The notes below the pieces were generated by a model, which did no database searches, was not told the DNA's origin, and saw only the letters and a list, made by a program, of their open reading frames with translations. The translations under genes were made by a program, and so were the position numbers. From IMG/VR virus record IMGVR_UViG_3300032233_001964, positions 6,498 to 70,497 of that record: a DNA stretch of 64,000 nt, one strand, 5' to 3'. This document shows positions 1-11,400 of this stretch, one piece after another. Position 1 is the first letter of the stretch, and each line of letters begins with the position of its first letter. This DNA comes from a virus (lineage: Duplodnaviria > Caudoviricetes).

Positions 1-297
1 GGCACCGCCTGTCCCGCCCGACGGCGCGTTGCCGTTCATGGAGATGGTGCCGTAGTTGTTCACGCGCTTGGCGTAGATGATGTAGCCATCCATGATGAGG
101 CGCACGCCCGCGCGCACCGTGACCGTGTCGGCCACGATGTTCTGGTTGAGCGTGTAGACGTTCGCCACAGGGATGATCCCCAACACGGTCGCCGTACCGT
201 TGAAGTCGGGCGAGCCGTCAGACAGGTCCGACCCATACTGCGCGAACGCCGCCGTAGCAGAGGACGATGGCAGCGTAGGGTAGACCTGCGTGCTCAC
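1..297 (-). CDS. Virion structural/tail fibre-like protein, N-terminal part (runs off the window)
   Basis: Open frame from GTG at 297 (GTGA overlap with upstream stop): MSTQVYPTLPSS...GYIIYAKRVNNYGTISMNGNAPSGGTGGA, beta-rich and turning Gly-rich. Not in the ORF track. Confidence 0.6.
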   Translation of the reverse strand, partial: MSTQVYPTLPSSSATAAFAQYGSDLSDGSPDFNGTATVLGIIPVANVYTLNQNIVADTVTVRAGVRLIMDGYIIYAKRVNNYGTISMNGNAPSGGTGGA

Positions 298-698
298 CCC
301 ACCACCTCGTACACCACGTCGTACGCGAAGGCGTTGTTGGCGCCCGCGTTCGGTCCGGGTTCAAGGTAGAACTGGCCCGAGGTGTCCGTCTGGAACACCA
401 CACCAGAGCACGCCACATCGAACAGGTTCGCGACGAGCGTGCTGCTCCCCTCGAACTCCATGTCGATGGACCCAGCCACGCCAGCCACCGCGCTGTACAG
501 GCGCGGCACGAAGCTGGCTGCGGTTCCCGCCGTCCAGTCAATCTTGACCCGCAGCACGTTCACGGTGGCGATACCGCCGCCGACATCGATGGGGAGACGT
601 GTCGAGGCCCCGTAGTTCGTCAGCGTTCCCGCCGCGATCTTCACGTTGCCGATGGAGGCGCAGCTCGTCGAGCCGCCAGAACCAGAAGCACAGGACAT
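294..698 (-). CDS. Hypothetical virion protein (beta-rich, 134 aa)
   Basis: Coupled ORF in the structural operon, typical codon usage. Confidence 0.65.
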   Translation of the reverse strand: MSCASGSGGSTSCASIGNVKIAAGTLTNYGASTRLPIDVGGGIATVNVLRVKIDWTAGTAASFVPRLYSAVAGVAGSIDMEFEGSSTLVANLFDVACSGVVFQTDTSGQFYLEPGPNAGANNAFAYDVVYEVVG

Positions 699-701
699 GG
701 G

Positions 702-965
702 CTACCTCGAACCATTGATGAGGATGTTCTCGATGCGCGCGAGCCTGGCGTCCATCTGCGTCATCTGCGCCTTCAGGGCCGCGACGTCTTCCTTGACGCT
801 GTCCAGCTCGTTGCAGTTGGCCGCGGCGGCGGCTGTCTCAGCACCCTGCGCCTGCTGCCACGTCAACCAGCCACCGCCGCCAGCGAGGCTAAGCGCCAAG
901 ACCCACGCCGGGATCTGAATGGGCTTGCTGATGTTGATCGTGCCTTCGCCGGACGCAGCAGACAT
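702..965 (-). CDS. Small membrane protein, one TM helix plus coiled coil (holin/spanin-like candidate)
   Basis: ATG 965 with GGAG SD; IPAWVLALSLAGGGGWLTW followed by heptad-like KEDVAALKAQMTQMDARLARIE. Confidence 0.55.
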   Translation of the reverse strand: MSAASGEGTINISKPIQIPAWVLALSLAGGGGWLTWQQAQGAETAAAAANCNELDSVKEDVAALKAQMTQMDARLARIENILINGSR

Positions 966-1390
966 CAGGACTCCTTCATCACCGGGCCGCCGGTGATCCA
1001 TGCGTCACAGGTGCGCTTCGCCGCACAGGCGAAGTCGAACGCCGCGCAGAACCCGATCTGCCCGGCGATCATCACTTCCTCCGCGTCCGCGCGGATCCCG
1101 CTCTCGATGCACTTGAGCATCTTCGGCGTGATGATGAACTTGGCGCAGTTGCCGCACAGCATCTTCTTGATGCCCGCCTCTTCGGCGTTCATGCGCTCGG
1201 CCTTCTGCATCCAGTAGTCGCCCGGCTCCTGCGGATTGGCAGGGCCGTAGTTGGCGCTGTCGATGGCCTTCTGCCGGTTGGCGAGGTTCATCTGCACGCT
1301 CTGCGTGGCCGCAGGACACGCCTCGCCCTCTTCCTCAACGGCTCCGGCCTTCATGGCGCGCATGGCGCTGTAGTAATCCTGCTCGGCCAT
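965..1390 (-). CDS. Conserved phage hypothetical protein (Cys-containing)
   Basis: NRQKAIDSANYGP..CGNC..GFC..C..RTCDAW pattern recalled from uncultured phage proteins. Confidence 0.7.
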   Translation of the reverse strand: MAEQDYYSAMRAMKAGAVEEEGEACPAATQSVQMNLANRQKAIDSANYGPANPQEPGDYWMQKAERMNAEEAGIKKMLCGNCAKFIITPKMLKCIESGIRADAEEVMIAGQIGFCAAFDFACAAKRTCDAWITGGPVMKES

Positions 1391-1983
1391 TAGTTCGCTC
1401 GGCCGGCGTCGATCTCCACGATCAACTCGGCACCGGAAGTAGCCGCGTCGGTCTGAAGCAGCACGGAGAGCGTGTTGCCCGCCGCCGGCGTCGTCACCTC
1501 GAACTCGAACACGATGACGATGCTCTCGCCGGGGACGAACGTCTGATTGGGGACGCTCACCGTGATGTTGTTCTCGGTGTAGGTCGCGCCGCCGCCGACA
1601 TCGAGCGCGCGAGGGATACCGGATCCCTTCACCAGGCCCGCGATGCTCGACACGTTGCCGCTAGTGTCCTTGCGGCGCACGTCCATGTTCATCCGGCCCC
1701 GCGCGCCGGCGGGGGCCGCAGCGACCTGCTGCCATCGGACACGCGCGCGGATCTGACCGGCGAACGACACGTTGTAGGCGCAGCGGAGGCTGTAGAAGTA
1801 GGAGAACTTGATGCCCGTCGCCGTGGTGTCCACCGTGGCGATGGTCGTCGAGGTCAGCGTCGGCACCTTGTTGAGCGCCGCGCCGGGGATCAGCACGCCG
1901 TCTGTGTAGGCCGTGGCCGCGACCGCCGTAGACGACGGAGCCGCGTACCAACCACCGCTGAACATGTTCGCTACGTCAGCCAT
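1390..1983 (-). CDS. Hypothetical virion protein (197 aa)
   Basis: ATG with GAGAGG SD; beta-rich composition; structural operon. Confidence 0.7.
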   Translation of the reverse strand: MADVANMFSGGWYAAPSSTAVAATAYTDGVLIPGAALNKVPTLTSTTIATVDTTATGIKFSYFYSLRCAYNVSFAGQIRARVRWQQVAAAPAGARGRMNMDVRRKDTSGNVSSIAGLVKGSGIPRALDVGGGATYTENNITVSVPNQTFVPGESIVIVFEFEVTTPAAGNTLSVLLQTDAATSGAELIVEIDAGRAN

Positions 1984-2045
1984 GCAGACCTCTCTCGCGC
2001 CTACGCTATCACAACGCGAGAGAGGACGCTATCAGCGAGCAGAAA

Positions 2046-2477
2046 CTATGCGCGCCAGTGCAGACGAAGGTTGCCGTTGGCCGTGCCCGCGTTAAGCTTG
2101 ATCACGACGTAGACAGTCCCACGCACCTCGGCGGCAAGCGCCTGGTAGTGGTAGTCGAGGTCGATGCACGAGATCGTTGCGCCATCGCTGGCAGTCGTGA
2201 AGCCGAACTGCACGGACGAAGTCTGCTCTGCGGTCAGAGGGATGTCGCCCTGGACGTCGCGCGCGAGGAAGAACGTCACGCTAGACGCACCGCCGGCGAT
2301 GGTGTCCATCTCGACGGCGAGGTGCTGGAAGTGCGCGAAGTCGGGCACCGACGCCGTGCGGGGCGCGTTGGTGGTGTCGGCGGTGAGCGTGAACACCTGG
2401 TAACTAGTCGTCAGCGCCGCCTGATGCTTGTAGCTGATGCCTGCGTGATTGAAGCCGCCGTAGCGTGCGATGGACAT
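2046..2477 (-). CDS. Hypothetical virion protein (143 aa)
   Basis: GGAGG SD; directly follows the giant gene. Confidence 0.7.
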   Translation of the reverse strand: MSIARYGGFNHAGISYKHQAALTTSYQVFTLTADTTNAPRTASVPDFAHFQHLAVEMDTIAGGASSVTFFLARDVQGDIPLTAEQTSSVQFGFTTASDGATISCIDLDYHYQALAAEVRGTVYVVIKLNAGTANGNLRLHWRA

Positions 2478-2487
2478 GATGCCTCCC

Positions 2488-5400
2488 TTAGAAAGTTTGA
2501 GTGCCTGCGGTCGTGGTCTTCTTCTTCGGTTCCTCGCGCTTCACCGCCTGCGACGGTGCCGTGAGAGTAACGTCAACACCGGCGTACTTGCGCGCCCAGA
2601 TCAGGATCTCGCCCTGAATGGACTGCCGGCCTTGGCTTTCCAGCGGCTCGTCCTCCAGGCGGATCAGGAGGCTGTTCAGCTCACCGAGCGGGCTGTTCTC
2701 AAACGCCGTCGCCCACACGCCGCCAGGAATGTAGTACCGCTGCTTCTTCAGCACGCCGATGTCGGGGTACTGCTCCTGAAGTCGCCGGATCTCTGCGGTC
2801 TGCTCCGGCGTCAGCGTCGGCAGGGTGCCGTCCTCGTTCACGACGAACGGGTCGACCACCGCGGGAAGTCGCAAGAAGGTCGTTCCGTAGAGGTCGTCCA
2901 TCATCTTGCCGAGCATCGGATGAACCTGCTTCACACCTTCAGGCGTAGCCACCTCGGCGATACGCTTCGGCGCCGGCTTGGTGAACTCACCGGCGAGGAA
3001 CGGACCGAGAATCGGCGACCGCTCTGCGTCCACGATGGGCTTGACGACGCTCAACCAGCCGACCTCGTCAATGCCACCGTCCTCAAGGTCCGTGAAGCCC
3101 GTGCTGGACGCGCCCTTCGCCGCGAGCAGGAACATGGTGGCCGCGACCTGCGTGTGCCACTTCATGCCCGCCTCGATGGTGGAGTCCGGCCAGTACAGCT
3201 CCATGTACGAGTGGTTGTCGCCGAGGAGCGCGTTGTAGGCGCGGACGCCCTCGGTGCGAGGAAAGGGGGCCGCGAACCCGGTACGGTCGCGCATGTACGA
3301 CGAGCGGGCCGCCTTGCTGGGAGCCGCGATGGTGTAAGGGGCGAACTTGGCAAGGTCAGCGAACGAACCCACCATGCGGAGGCGCTGGATCTCGGCAGAC
3401 GCCTCCTGATAGACGCCACCCTCCACGTCGACGGCGCGACCAGAGAGGAGCATCCGCATGGCGCGCTTGTGGTCTTCCGGCGGCCCGTCAGCGCCGTAGG
3501 CTTCCTCAAACGCCTTGATGATGGAGTAGTACGAGTCCTGCAACTCCGGCGACATGCTCTCCACGTCCACGCCGTAGTCATCCACCATCGTGTTGTAGAG
3601 GACGTGGGTCAGGAGGTCGGACGAGCGCTCACGCGCCCGCTTGACGGTCATCATGCGGTAGGCGGCCCACGGGCTGAACAGCGTGTTGAACACTTGGCGG
3701 TTGGCGTTCTTCTGGAAGGCCCAGAACGGGAGCAGCATGCCCACCAGCCAATGGCGGTCGAGCTTCGTCATCGACTGGCTGTAGTCGAAGAGCGCCTTGA
3801 TCGTGATCTGCGCCGCGGTGCGCGGATCGTACCCGGCCTCCATGAGCGTGACCATCGCGCCCAGACGCTCGCGCTCGCTCCACGCCTCGGCGATGTCCGC
3901 GACGCTAGCCTCCAAGGAGGCGAACCCGTTCTTGATCATGGCTCCCGTCGAGGCAGACGCGACGGTCGCCTTCTTGGCAGCATCGCCGGCAAGCACCAAC
4001 TGACCCTCGCGCAGGATGGCGCGCTGGAGCTCGCGCGTGTCGAAGGACGAGAACACGCCCTCCTCGACCGCGATGTCGCGGATGTCACGGTAGCGGTAGA
4101 CCTTGCCGCCGACCGTGAAGCCGCCCTCGACACCCTCAAGGATCGGATTGACCTCGATGCGGTACTTGCCGACCGACATCATCGTGCCGATGCGCGCGGC
4201 TCCGCGGTCACCCAACTTCTGAAGGTTGGCGCGCAACTTCTCCGTGGCCGTGGGCGAGAGGATGCCGGTCGCCTTGCCGACCTCAAGGATTTCACGCACG
4301 CCGGGGATGATCACGAGATCCTGCGCGATGACACGCGCGGTCGAGGCCGCGGCGACGCCGAAGCCCTCCGTGTACGCCATCGCGTTGAAGTGGTCGACCG
4401 TGTTCATCATGAAGTACCGCTGCTTGATGAAGAAGTTGCCGCGGGTCATGCGGGTCTTCATGTAGCGGTACGAGGTGGCGAGCGCATCAGCCGCGCCTAC
4501 GGCCTCTCCCGTGCGGAACTGGGCGCGAGCGAGAACCTGCGCCATGCGGTCGCGGGCCGCGCGCGGGATGTAGAAGTCCACGTCGAGCGCCGCGTCGGGC
4601 ACGAAGTCCACGCCGATGCCGAACTTCTTGATCATCTCGTCCACGCCGGCGATGTTCTTCGCGCCGACCGTCTCGCCGTTCAGCCAGTTGGAGAAGGCGA
4701 GCTGCGTGTCCTTGTCCACGCCCAGGTTCATGCGGACGAGGAACTGCTTCGCCTGGTCGGCTCCACCGAACGCCCCGATCTGCACGGCCACGCGGCGTGC
4801 GTACTCCTCGCCGCTCTTGCCGTAGATGTCGCGGATGTCACCGAGGAGGGTACGGACCATGTCCTTGGAGTCGCCCTTGAACAACTCGCCGTCACGGGCG
4901 GTCACGCCGCCGATGTACGACAGCGTCTCGACAAGCCGGAACTCGTGGCTCGGACGAGCCTTCTCCGGCGCGTTGACCGCATCCCGGATCGCCGCCGCGA
5001 GCGCGGTGCCGATGTCCTTGTCCTGCTTCTCCGGGTAGAGCAACTTCCCGATGGCGCTGTAGAGCGCATCGCTGGTGGCCTTGCGGGTCTTGTCGGCCTC
5101 CGTGAACTTCTCGCCTTCGCCCATGACGAAGCCGAGCGCAACAAGCCGCTGTCCGCGCGCCGCCGGATCCTTGATGTTGACCGTGTCCGCCATGAGGGTC
5201 AGCGCGTCCTTCTCCTCCGGCGTGAACGCGGCAATGGCCCGCTGAACCATGCGGTTGACCGCGCCCATCTTGTCGTGGCCCGACGAGAGGATCGGCCGGC
5301 CGGACACCTTCGCCACGTCGAAGTCGCCCGTCAGGTAGCGGAGGAGCTGCGCGTCGTCCTTCGTTTCGACCGCGTCATTGACGAGAGCCACGGTATCCGC

Positions 5401-8400
5401 AAGCGACTGCTCGACGATGCGTGCCGAGGTGTCCATCGCGCGCCGGAACGCCGGAGGCTGGTTTGCGAGGGTCGTCTCTCCGATCTTCTCGTCGAGGACG
5501 TTGCCGCCAAAGAACATTGCGGTGACGCCACGCAGCGCCTTCTTGGCCTGCTTGGTCATCGGAGCGTCCGTCTCCTTGTCGGAGATCGCGGTCCACAGCG
5601 CGTCGACAGCGTTGTCCTCCTTGTACACCGCAGCCTTGCCCCGGCCCTTGCCGGTGAGGTCGCGGAGGAGCGCCATGCGCGTCTCGGCCTGCGGGAACAG
5701 TCGCTTCTCACGAACCGCCTGCGCCGCCGCCAGGTCATCGAGCGTCCACTTGTCCTTGCCGAGCACCTTGGTGTCGAACTTCAGCACGACGTCCGTGCCC
5801 TTCGGATCACGACCGAGGATCTGCTTGATGTTCGCCTTGGCCTCGTTGACGCGGGTCGCCAACGTGTCCACGTCGAGCGCACCGAGTCCCTTCCGCTTTG
5901 CCTCGCGGGAGAGGACCGTGAGGATGTCCACCTCGGCCTCCGGGCCGCCGAGGATGCCGCGACGGACCGCTTCCTTCAGCGACTGGTCGGCCTGCGTCGG
6001 CTCGGTGGCGAAGAGGCCATCGAACACCCGGCGCACTTCAGGCTGCAACTCGACCCCGATGACCGGATCCTTCACCGCCTTGTAGACGTTGGCGACCGCG
6101 TCCTTGAGCTGAGCGAACGCGCCTTCGAGGCCCGCAGGAGCCTTGCCTTCGGCGACGTACTGCTCGAACGCCTTGGCGAAGAACTCCTCGGCCTTCTCGA
6201 TGTCCGCCGCGTCGCCGGTGAACTCACCGTACTGGTGACCGACGTTCACGCCCATGCCTTGGACCCACGAGGCGATGAAGCCCATGTCCTCGTTGGACAG
6301 GATGTTGCGACGAACGACGTGCGCCACCTCGTGCAGCACCGTCGAGGCGTCCGCGCCCTCGAACAGGTAGATGACGCTGGAGCCATCCTCCAACCACTCG
6401 ACGGCCCCCTTCACCTCACCGGACGGGCTGACCTGCTTGAGGATGCTGGGGTCGGTCGGCGAGAACGTGCCGACGTTGCCGGTGGCCGACTTGATCTGCG
6501 TCGGCTCAAAGACGACGTAGACGGGGTGCTTGATCGCACCTTTGGTTGTTGGCGCGACCACGCTGTAGCTACCATCGCGCTGACGCTTGACGTACTCGTT
6601 GGCGATGACTCCGTCGTATCCGTCGCGCTGAATAGCAGTGAGCGCGTCGGCGCGCATACCGCCGAACTGACGATCTTGGCCAAAGGCGCCCGGATCTCGC
6701 GTTCCGTATCGAGCCCGCACATCAGCGATGTCGTCCACCATGAGCGGGTTGCTCATGCTTAGGTAGACGGGCATCACATTGACCCGCTTCTCTTCCCCCC
6801 GCCAACTGCGCGGCGCTTGGAAGTTCATGCCGTAGTCGGCATAAATATTGGAGCCTTGCGGATCCGTGAAATAGAAGCCGTAGCCAGCCATGCCCTTGCG
6901 CTGCGCGGCCTTGTCGAAGGTGCTGAAGTCGCCGTAGGTCGACGCATGGTACACGACTAGCGGCTTGCCCTCGGCGTCGACCACCTTGGAGTCGCCGAAC
7001 CATCGCTTGAACTCCGGCGTTTCCGTTTGCGCAGCACGGGTAGCCGAGATACCGGAGGGCATCGGGGCTTCCGCTGCAACAGACACAGGAGCGCGACCGG
7101 GTTGCGCGTAGCGGCTCTCGATGAGCGGCGCGAACACGCTGTCCGTCAGCTCAAGCGGCACGCCGTTGCCGATGATGGTAACCGCGGCGTCCTTCGTCTT
7201 CGGCAACGGGTAGTCGTCCGACAGACCCGTGATGCGGGCCAGCACGCGCGGCGTGACCTCACGAACGTCTCCGCCGGGCAGGATGACACGGTGCAGTTCG
7301 CCGGGCGTCGCCTTGATGGTGAACGTCGGGCCACCGGCGAACGCATACGGCAGCTCGTCCTTCCATGCCGAGCCGCCGGCCACCATGATCGGGCGGTCGA
7401 GGTTGCGCCAGTCGATGCCTTCCTTGTCGAGCAGACGCTGCATGAACGGCGGCACGTCCGACTTCGGAAGGCCGTCGACCAGGTCTTCGATGCGCGCGTA
7501 CCAGTCGGCCGGCCCGGTCTTCCCCGGCAGCGGCGGGAGGTCGCCCTCGCGCACAGCGCGAAGGAGCAGGCGCTTGCGAGTCGTGGCCGCGCCGTAGTCG
7601 GCGGCGTTGAACACGTTCTTGTCGAACGTGTAGCCGTTGCGTCGCAGCGCGTCCTCGATCAGTCGAAGAGCGGTGGAGCCCTCGTAGCCAGCGACGTTCT
7701 CCAACGTGAACACCGGCGGCTTGACCTCGTCGATGGCGCGAGCCGTCGCCGTCGCCGTCTCGATGTCGAACGCCTGTTCGCCGGCAGCGTTGGCCGCCTT
7801 GGCCGCGCTGAAGTTCTTGCAGACCGGGGAGGCGTGCAGGTAGCCGATGTTCTTGTCCGCGAGCCGCTTGAAGTCCACAGACTGGACGTTCACGTTCTCG
7901 ACGTGCTCGCCAAACACCTTGCCGTAGTGCGCGGCGATGTCGCCCCGCGCCTCGACGGCGTAGCCTGGCCGCACGACGTTCTGGAGGCCCGCCTCGACGA
8001 GGCCGCCGCCGGAGAACAACGTCGCCGCAACGGGGCGCTGCTCCGGTTCAATGAACCCGCGCAGGTACTCGGCGCGCGTCTCAATCGCCGGAAACGCCGA
8101 TGGCGGGACGCTAACCGAAGGCGGCGGCAGTTCGCCTCGAATCTTGGCCCTTGCCGCGGCTAGCGCCTCTGGCGTCACAGTATCGGGCAACCGGCCTGCC
8201 TTCTTCGCTTGCTCATACGCAGTCTTAGACGCTTCTATCGCACGGTCATACGCGCGTCCGCGCCCCGCACCTGCCGCCGTTTCCGCGCCACGCACTTCCT
8301 CAAACACGATCTGGCGGTACGCGTTCAGCGTACTGTCCCACTCACGAGAAGCCGCTGACAGTTCCTTCTGCGGCACGCGCATCAGCTCATCGGTGCGGTC

Positions 8401-11400
8401 GATGACTTGCGCCAGCATGTTGTTGTCTTCGCGGCGCAAGCCGAGCAGCCCCGCCACCGAGGCCACAAACTTGTCCCAAAGAGTCTCCTTCGCCTTGGGA
8501 CCGACAGGGATCGTCTTCAGCCACGCCTGAAAGTTTGGCTCCGTCATCGCAAAAGCCACAAACTCGCGCGGGTTCGACAGGATGTAGTCAAGCCGCTGCG
8601 CCTTCTCAAACTCCGTAGCCGCGCCGGCTTTCACTCGTTGCGCCCGCAGTGCGACAGCCCGGCGATACGCTCCCTCTAGTTCGGAGTACGCTGCCCGCAA
8701 CGGATTACTCGCGGGCAGCGTCTTCGCGGCGTTCATCCGTTCAACCGTTACGGCGTGTACGGCTTCATGAAGAATCACTTCTTCAATCGGCACAACCTTC
8801 TGCGCCGGCCCGCGCGAAAGCGCACGAATGGAAATGGCGCGCGCGGTAGTGTCAGCCTGGCCGCCTGCCCAGCCGGGCATGCCCGCGAACGCCGCCGCGC
8901 TTTCGTCTACGAAACTAAACTTGAACTTGAGCAAGTCTTTAGTTTCAAGCAGACGTTCTGCCAATCGCTTGTAGTATGGGTTCTGCGTCTGCTCCATGAC
9001 GTAGGCCACCGCCTTATCGGCGGTCTTCGCGTCCTTGAGAGCGGCTTCAGCGCGGCGCCGCGCGTCGAGCGACTCACGCGCCATCTCCGATGTCATCTCA
9101 ACGGGGCGGGCTTCAGCGGGCAGCACAGATACCGGAGTAGCGGGAGCGGCCTCGACAATCTTTGCGGCCTCGGCTTGCGCCTTTGCGGCAGCCGGGATAA
9201 CCGTAGGGGTAGCGGGGGCTGCGACAGTAGGCGTCGGGGCTTCGACGGCCGGAGCAGCGCGGCGCGTCTTCTCCGCACGCAACTCGTCGAGCATCGGTCC
9301 TGGCGGCCCCTCTTCCAGGGCGAGGATGGCGTTGTCGAGTTCCTCGTCTGCGAGATCCGCGAGGGTCGCCGGGGGAGCCTCGACCTTCGGTGCTTCAACC
9401 GGAGGTGCCTCGGCCTTCGGCGGGCGGGCCGCACGCTTGCGCTTTGCGGGAGCCGCGGCGGGTGCCGCCTCCACGACAGTCGGAGCGGCCGGAGCGGCGG
9501 GCGCGGGTGGCGCGGTCACTCGACGGAGGTTCTCGATCTCCATCTCCAACTCGCCTTGGCGGAACGCATCGTCGCTCTGGACGGCTTCCTCTAGTTCGGC
9601 TTCGAGTTGCGTGATGCGCTCCGCGTCGGTCGTTGCCACCTTCTTGGCCTCGCGCGCACGGCGCGCCTTCTCTCGCTTGATGGCGTCGAGGGCGTAGGCT
9701 TCGCCCTCCTTCACGCCGTCGGCCCGTAGCAGCGCCTCGATCTCGTCGAGCTCCTCGTCGCCCAGGCGAAGCACCGTCTCGCGCAACTTCAACTTGGCAC
9801 GAGCGATAGCCGCCTTCGTCGGCGCGGCGGGGGTCGCTGCCGCAGGCGCGCCTCCGGTCGGCACCTTGCCTGCCTTCAACTCTCCGGCGAGACGCTTGAG
9901 GTCTTCCGGCGTGCCGCGACGGATGGCGGGGAAGATCTCCTGGTACAGCGCGAACGGGCTGACCTCGCGGGACTTCGCCGCGCCCTCGATCATCTTGTCG
10001 ATGATCGTGATGGTGGCGTAGGCTTCCTTGAAGTCCTGCTCCGGGAACGCCTTGCGGAGATGGTGCAGGAGCAGGAGGCCGCCCGACGTGAGCCGGATCG
10101 GCTCGCCGCTCTGCAACTTGGGAGCCACCTCGTCGAAGAGTTCCAACGGTTCGACGCGCAGGCGAGCCGTGCTGGCGATCTCGTCGCGCAGCAACTGGGC
10201 CGCGACGCCGCGCGCGGTGTTGTTCTGCTCGATGGCCTTGAGGGCGCGGTCGAAGAGGCCGATGTCGGCCGCCTCGATCTCCTCGATGGTCTTGCCGCGC
10301 ATCTCCGCGATCTTCGTCTCGGTGCGCCCGCCGATGGCCTTGTAGGCGTCCTGCCGTGCCATCTTGTAGGCGTCGGTCCCGAACTCCTTGTCGGCCTTCA
10401 GCGCGCCCTCGACGGCAGCCTTGAACTGCTTCTGGTCGAGCAGGGCCGCCGGTGCCTGAGCGGAGATGAGGTCCGCCATGCGCGTGACCTGCGCCGCGCT
10501 GAGCTGACGCTCTGCCGGAAGGTTCTCGAACACGTCGAGGACGCGCCCGCGCACGTACTCCTTCGCGTACTGGGAAAGAGAACGACCCGACTTCCTCGCG
10601 TTGACGTACTCGGTCTTCGCCTTCTGCACGCGGTCGAGGAGCCGCCGGGTGTCGTACAACTCGGCGTAGTCTGCCTGCTCGATGCTAGCCGGACCCGTGA
10701 CGGCCTTGCGGTCGGACGGATGCAGGAACGGACGACCGGCGAAGACCTTGGCCTGCTCCGGCGCGGCGTTGGCGATCAGCGCCGCCAGGTCCGTCTCAAG
10801 GATGTCGGACTGCGGCTCGGCCAACTTCTGGAACCGGGCGACGGCGGCGTCGGAAGAGTCGAGGTTCGACGCCACGTCGGGCAGGGCGCTGCGGAGTTCC
10901 TTCTCTGCTGCGGCGGCCGTCTCGTAGTCTCCGGCCTTGCGTGCCCGCGCGATGGTTTCAAGAAGCGCCGTTGCTTCGGGCGCGATCTTGCGAACCTTGA
11001 TCGCGCGGCTGGCAGCCTTCACGGCTTTGGCGGCCTCTCCGGCCCCTGCAAGTGCGTCGGGGAAGAGGATGGAGGCGGCGAAGCCCGCGGCCACGACCGG
11101 AGCCTTGACGTAGGCCGCCGAGTCCTTGGTGGCGTCGAGGCTGTACTCCAACAGGTTGGCACCGGACTGGATGCCCTCTCCGACCGTCTGCCCCGACAAC
11201 CCGGCCGTCACGGCGGACTGCGGGATGTCGATGACGCGGAACAGGACGCCCATCGGCGACTCTTGACGGAACACCGCTTGCCGCTTGTTGTTGAAGCCGA
11301 TGATCTCGACGTTCGGCTTCAGAGCGTCCAACACGCCAGGCGAGGCGCGGCCCTCGCGGACCTCGACGTCACCCAGCGTGACGACCGGCGTCCACTGCCC

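Noticed and set aside
2470-6762. 1,430-aa plus-strand ORF, and other long antisense ORFs (e.g. 10060-12531, 43719-45950, 28679-30058)
   Set aside because: Stop-poor shadows of GC-rich genes on the opposite strand; no motifs, SD or codon bias
9180-9520. Ala/Pro-rich repeats in the giant and 1,170-aa proteins as DNA repeats
   Set aside because: Low-complexity protein linkers without regular nucleotide periodicity
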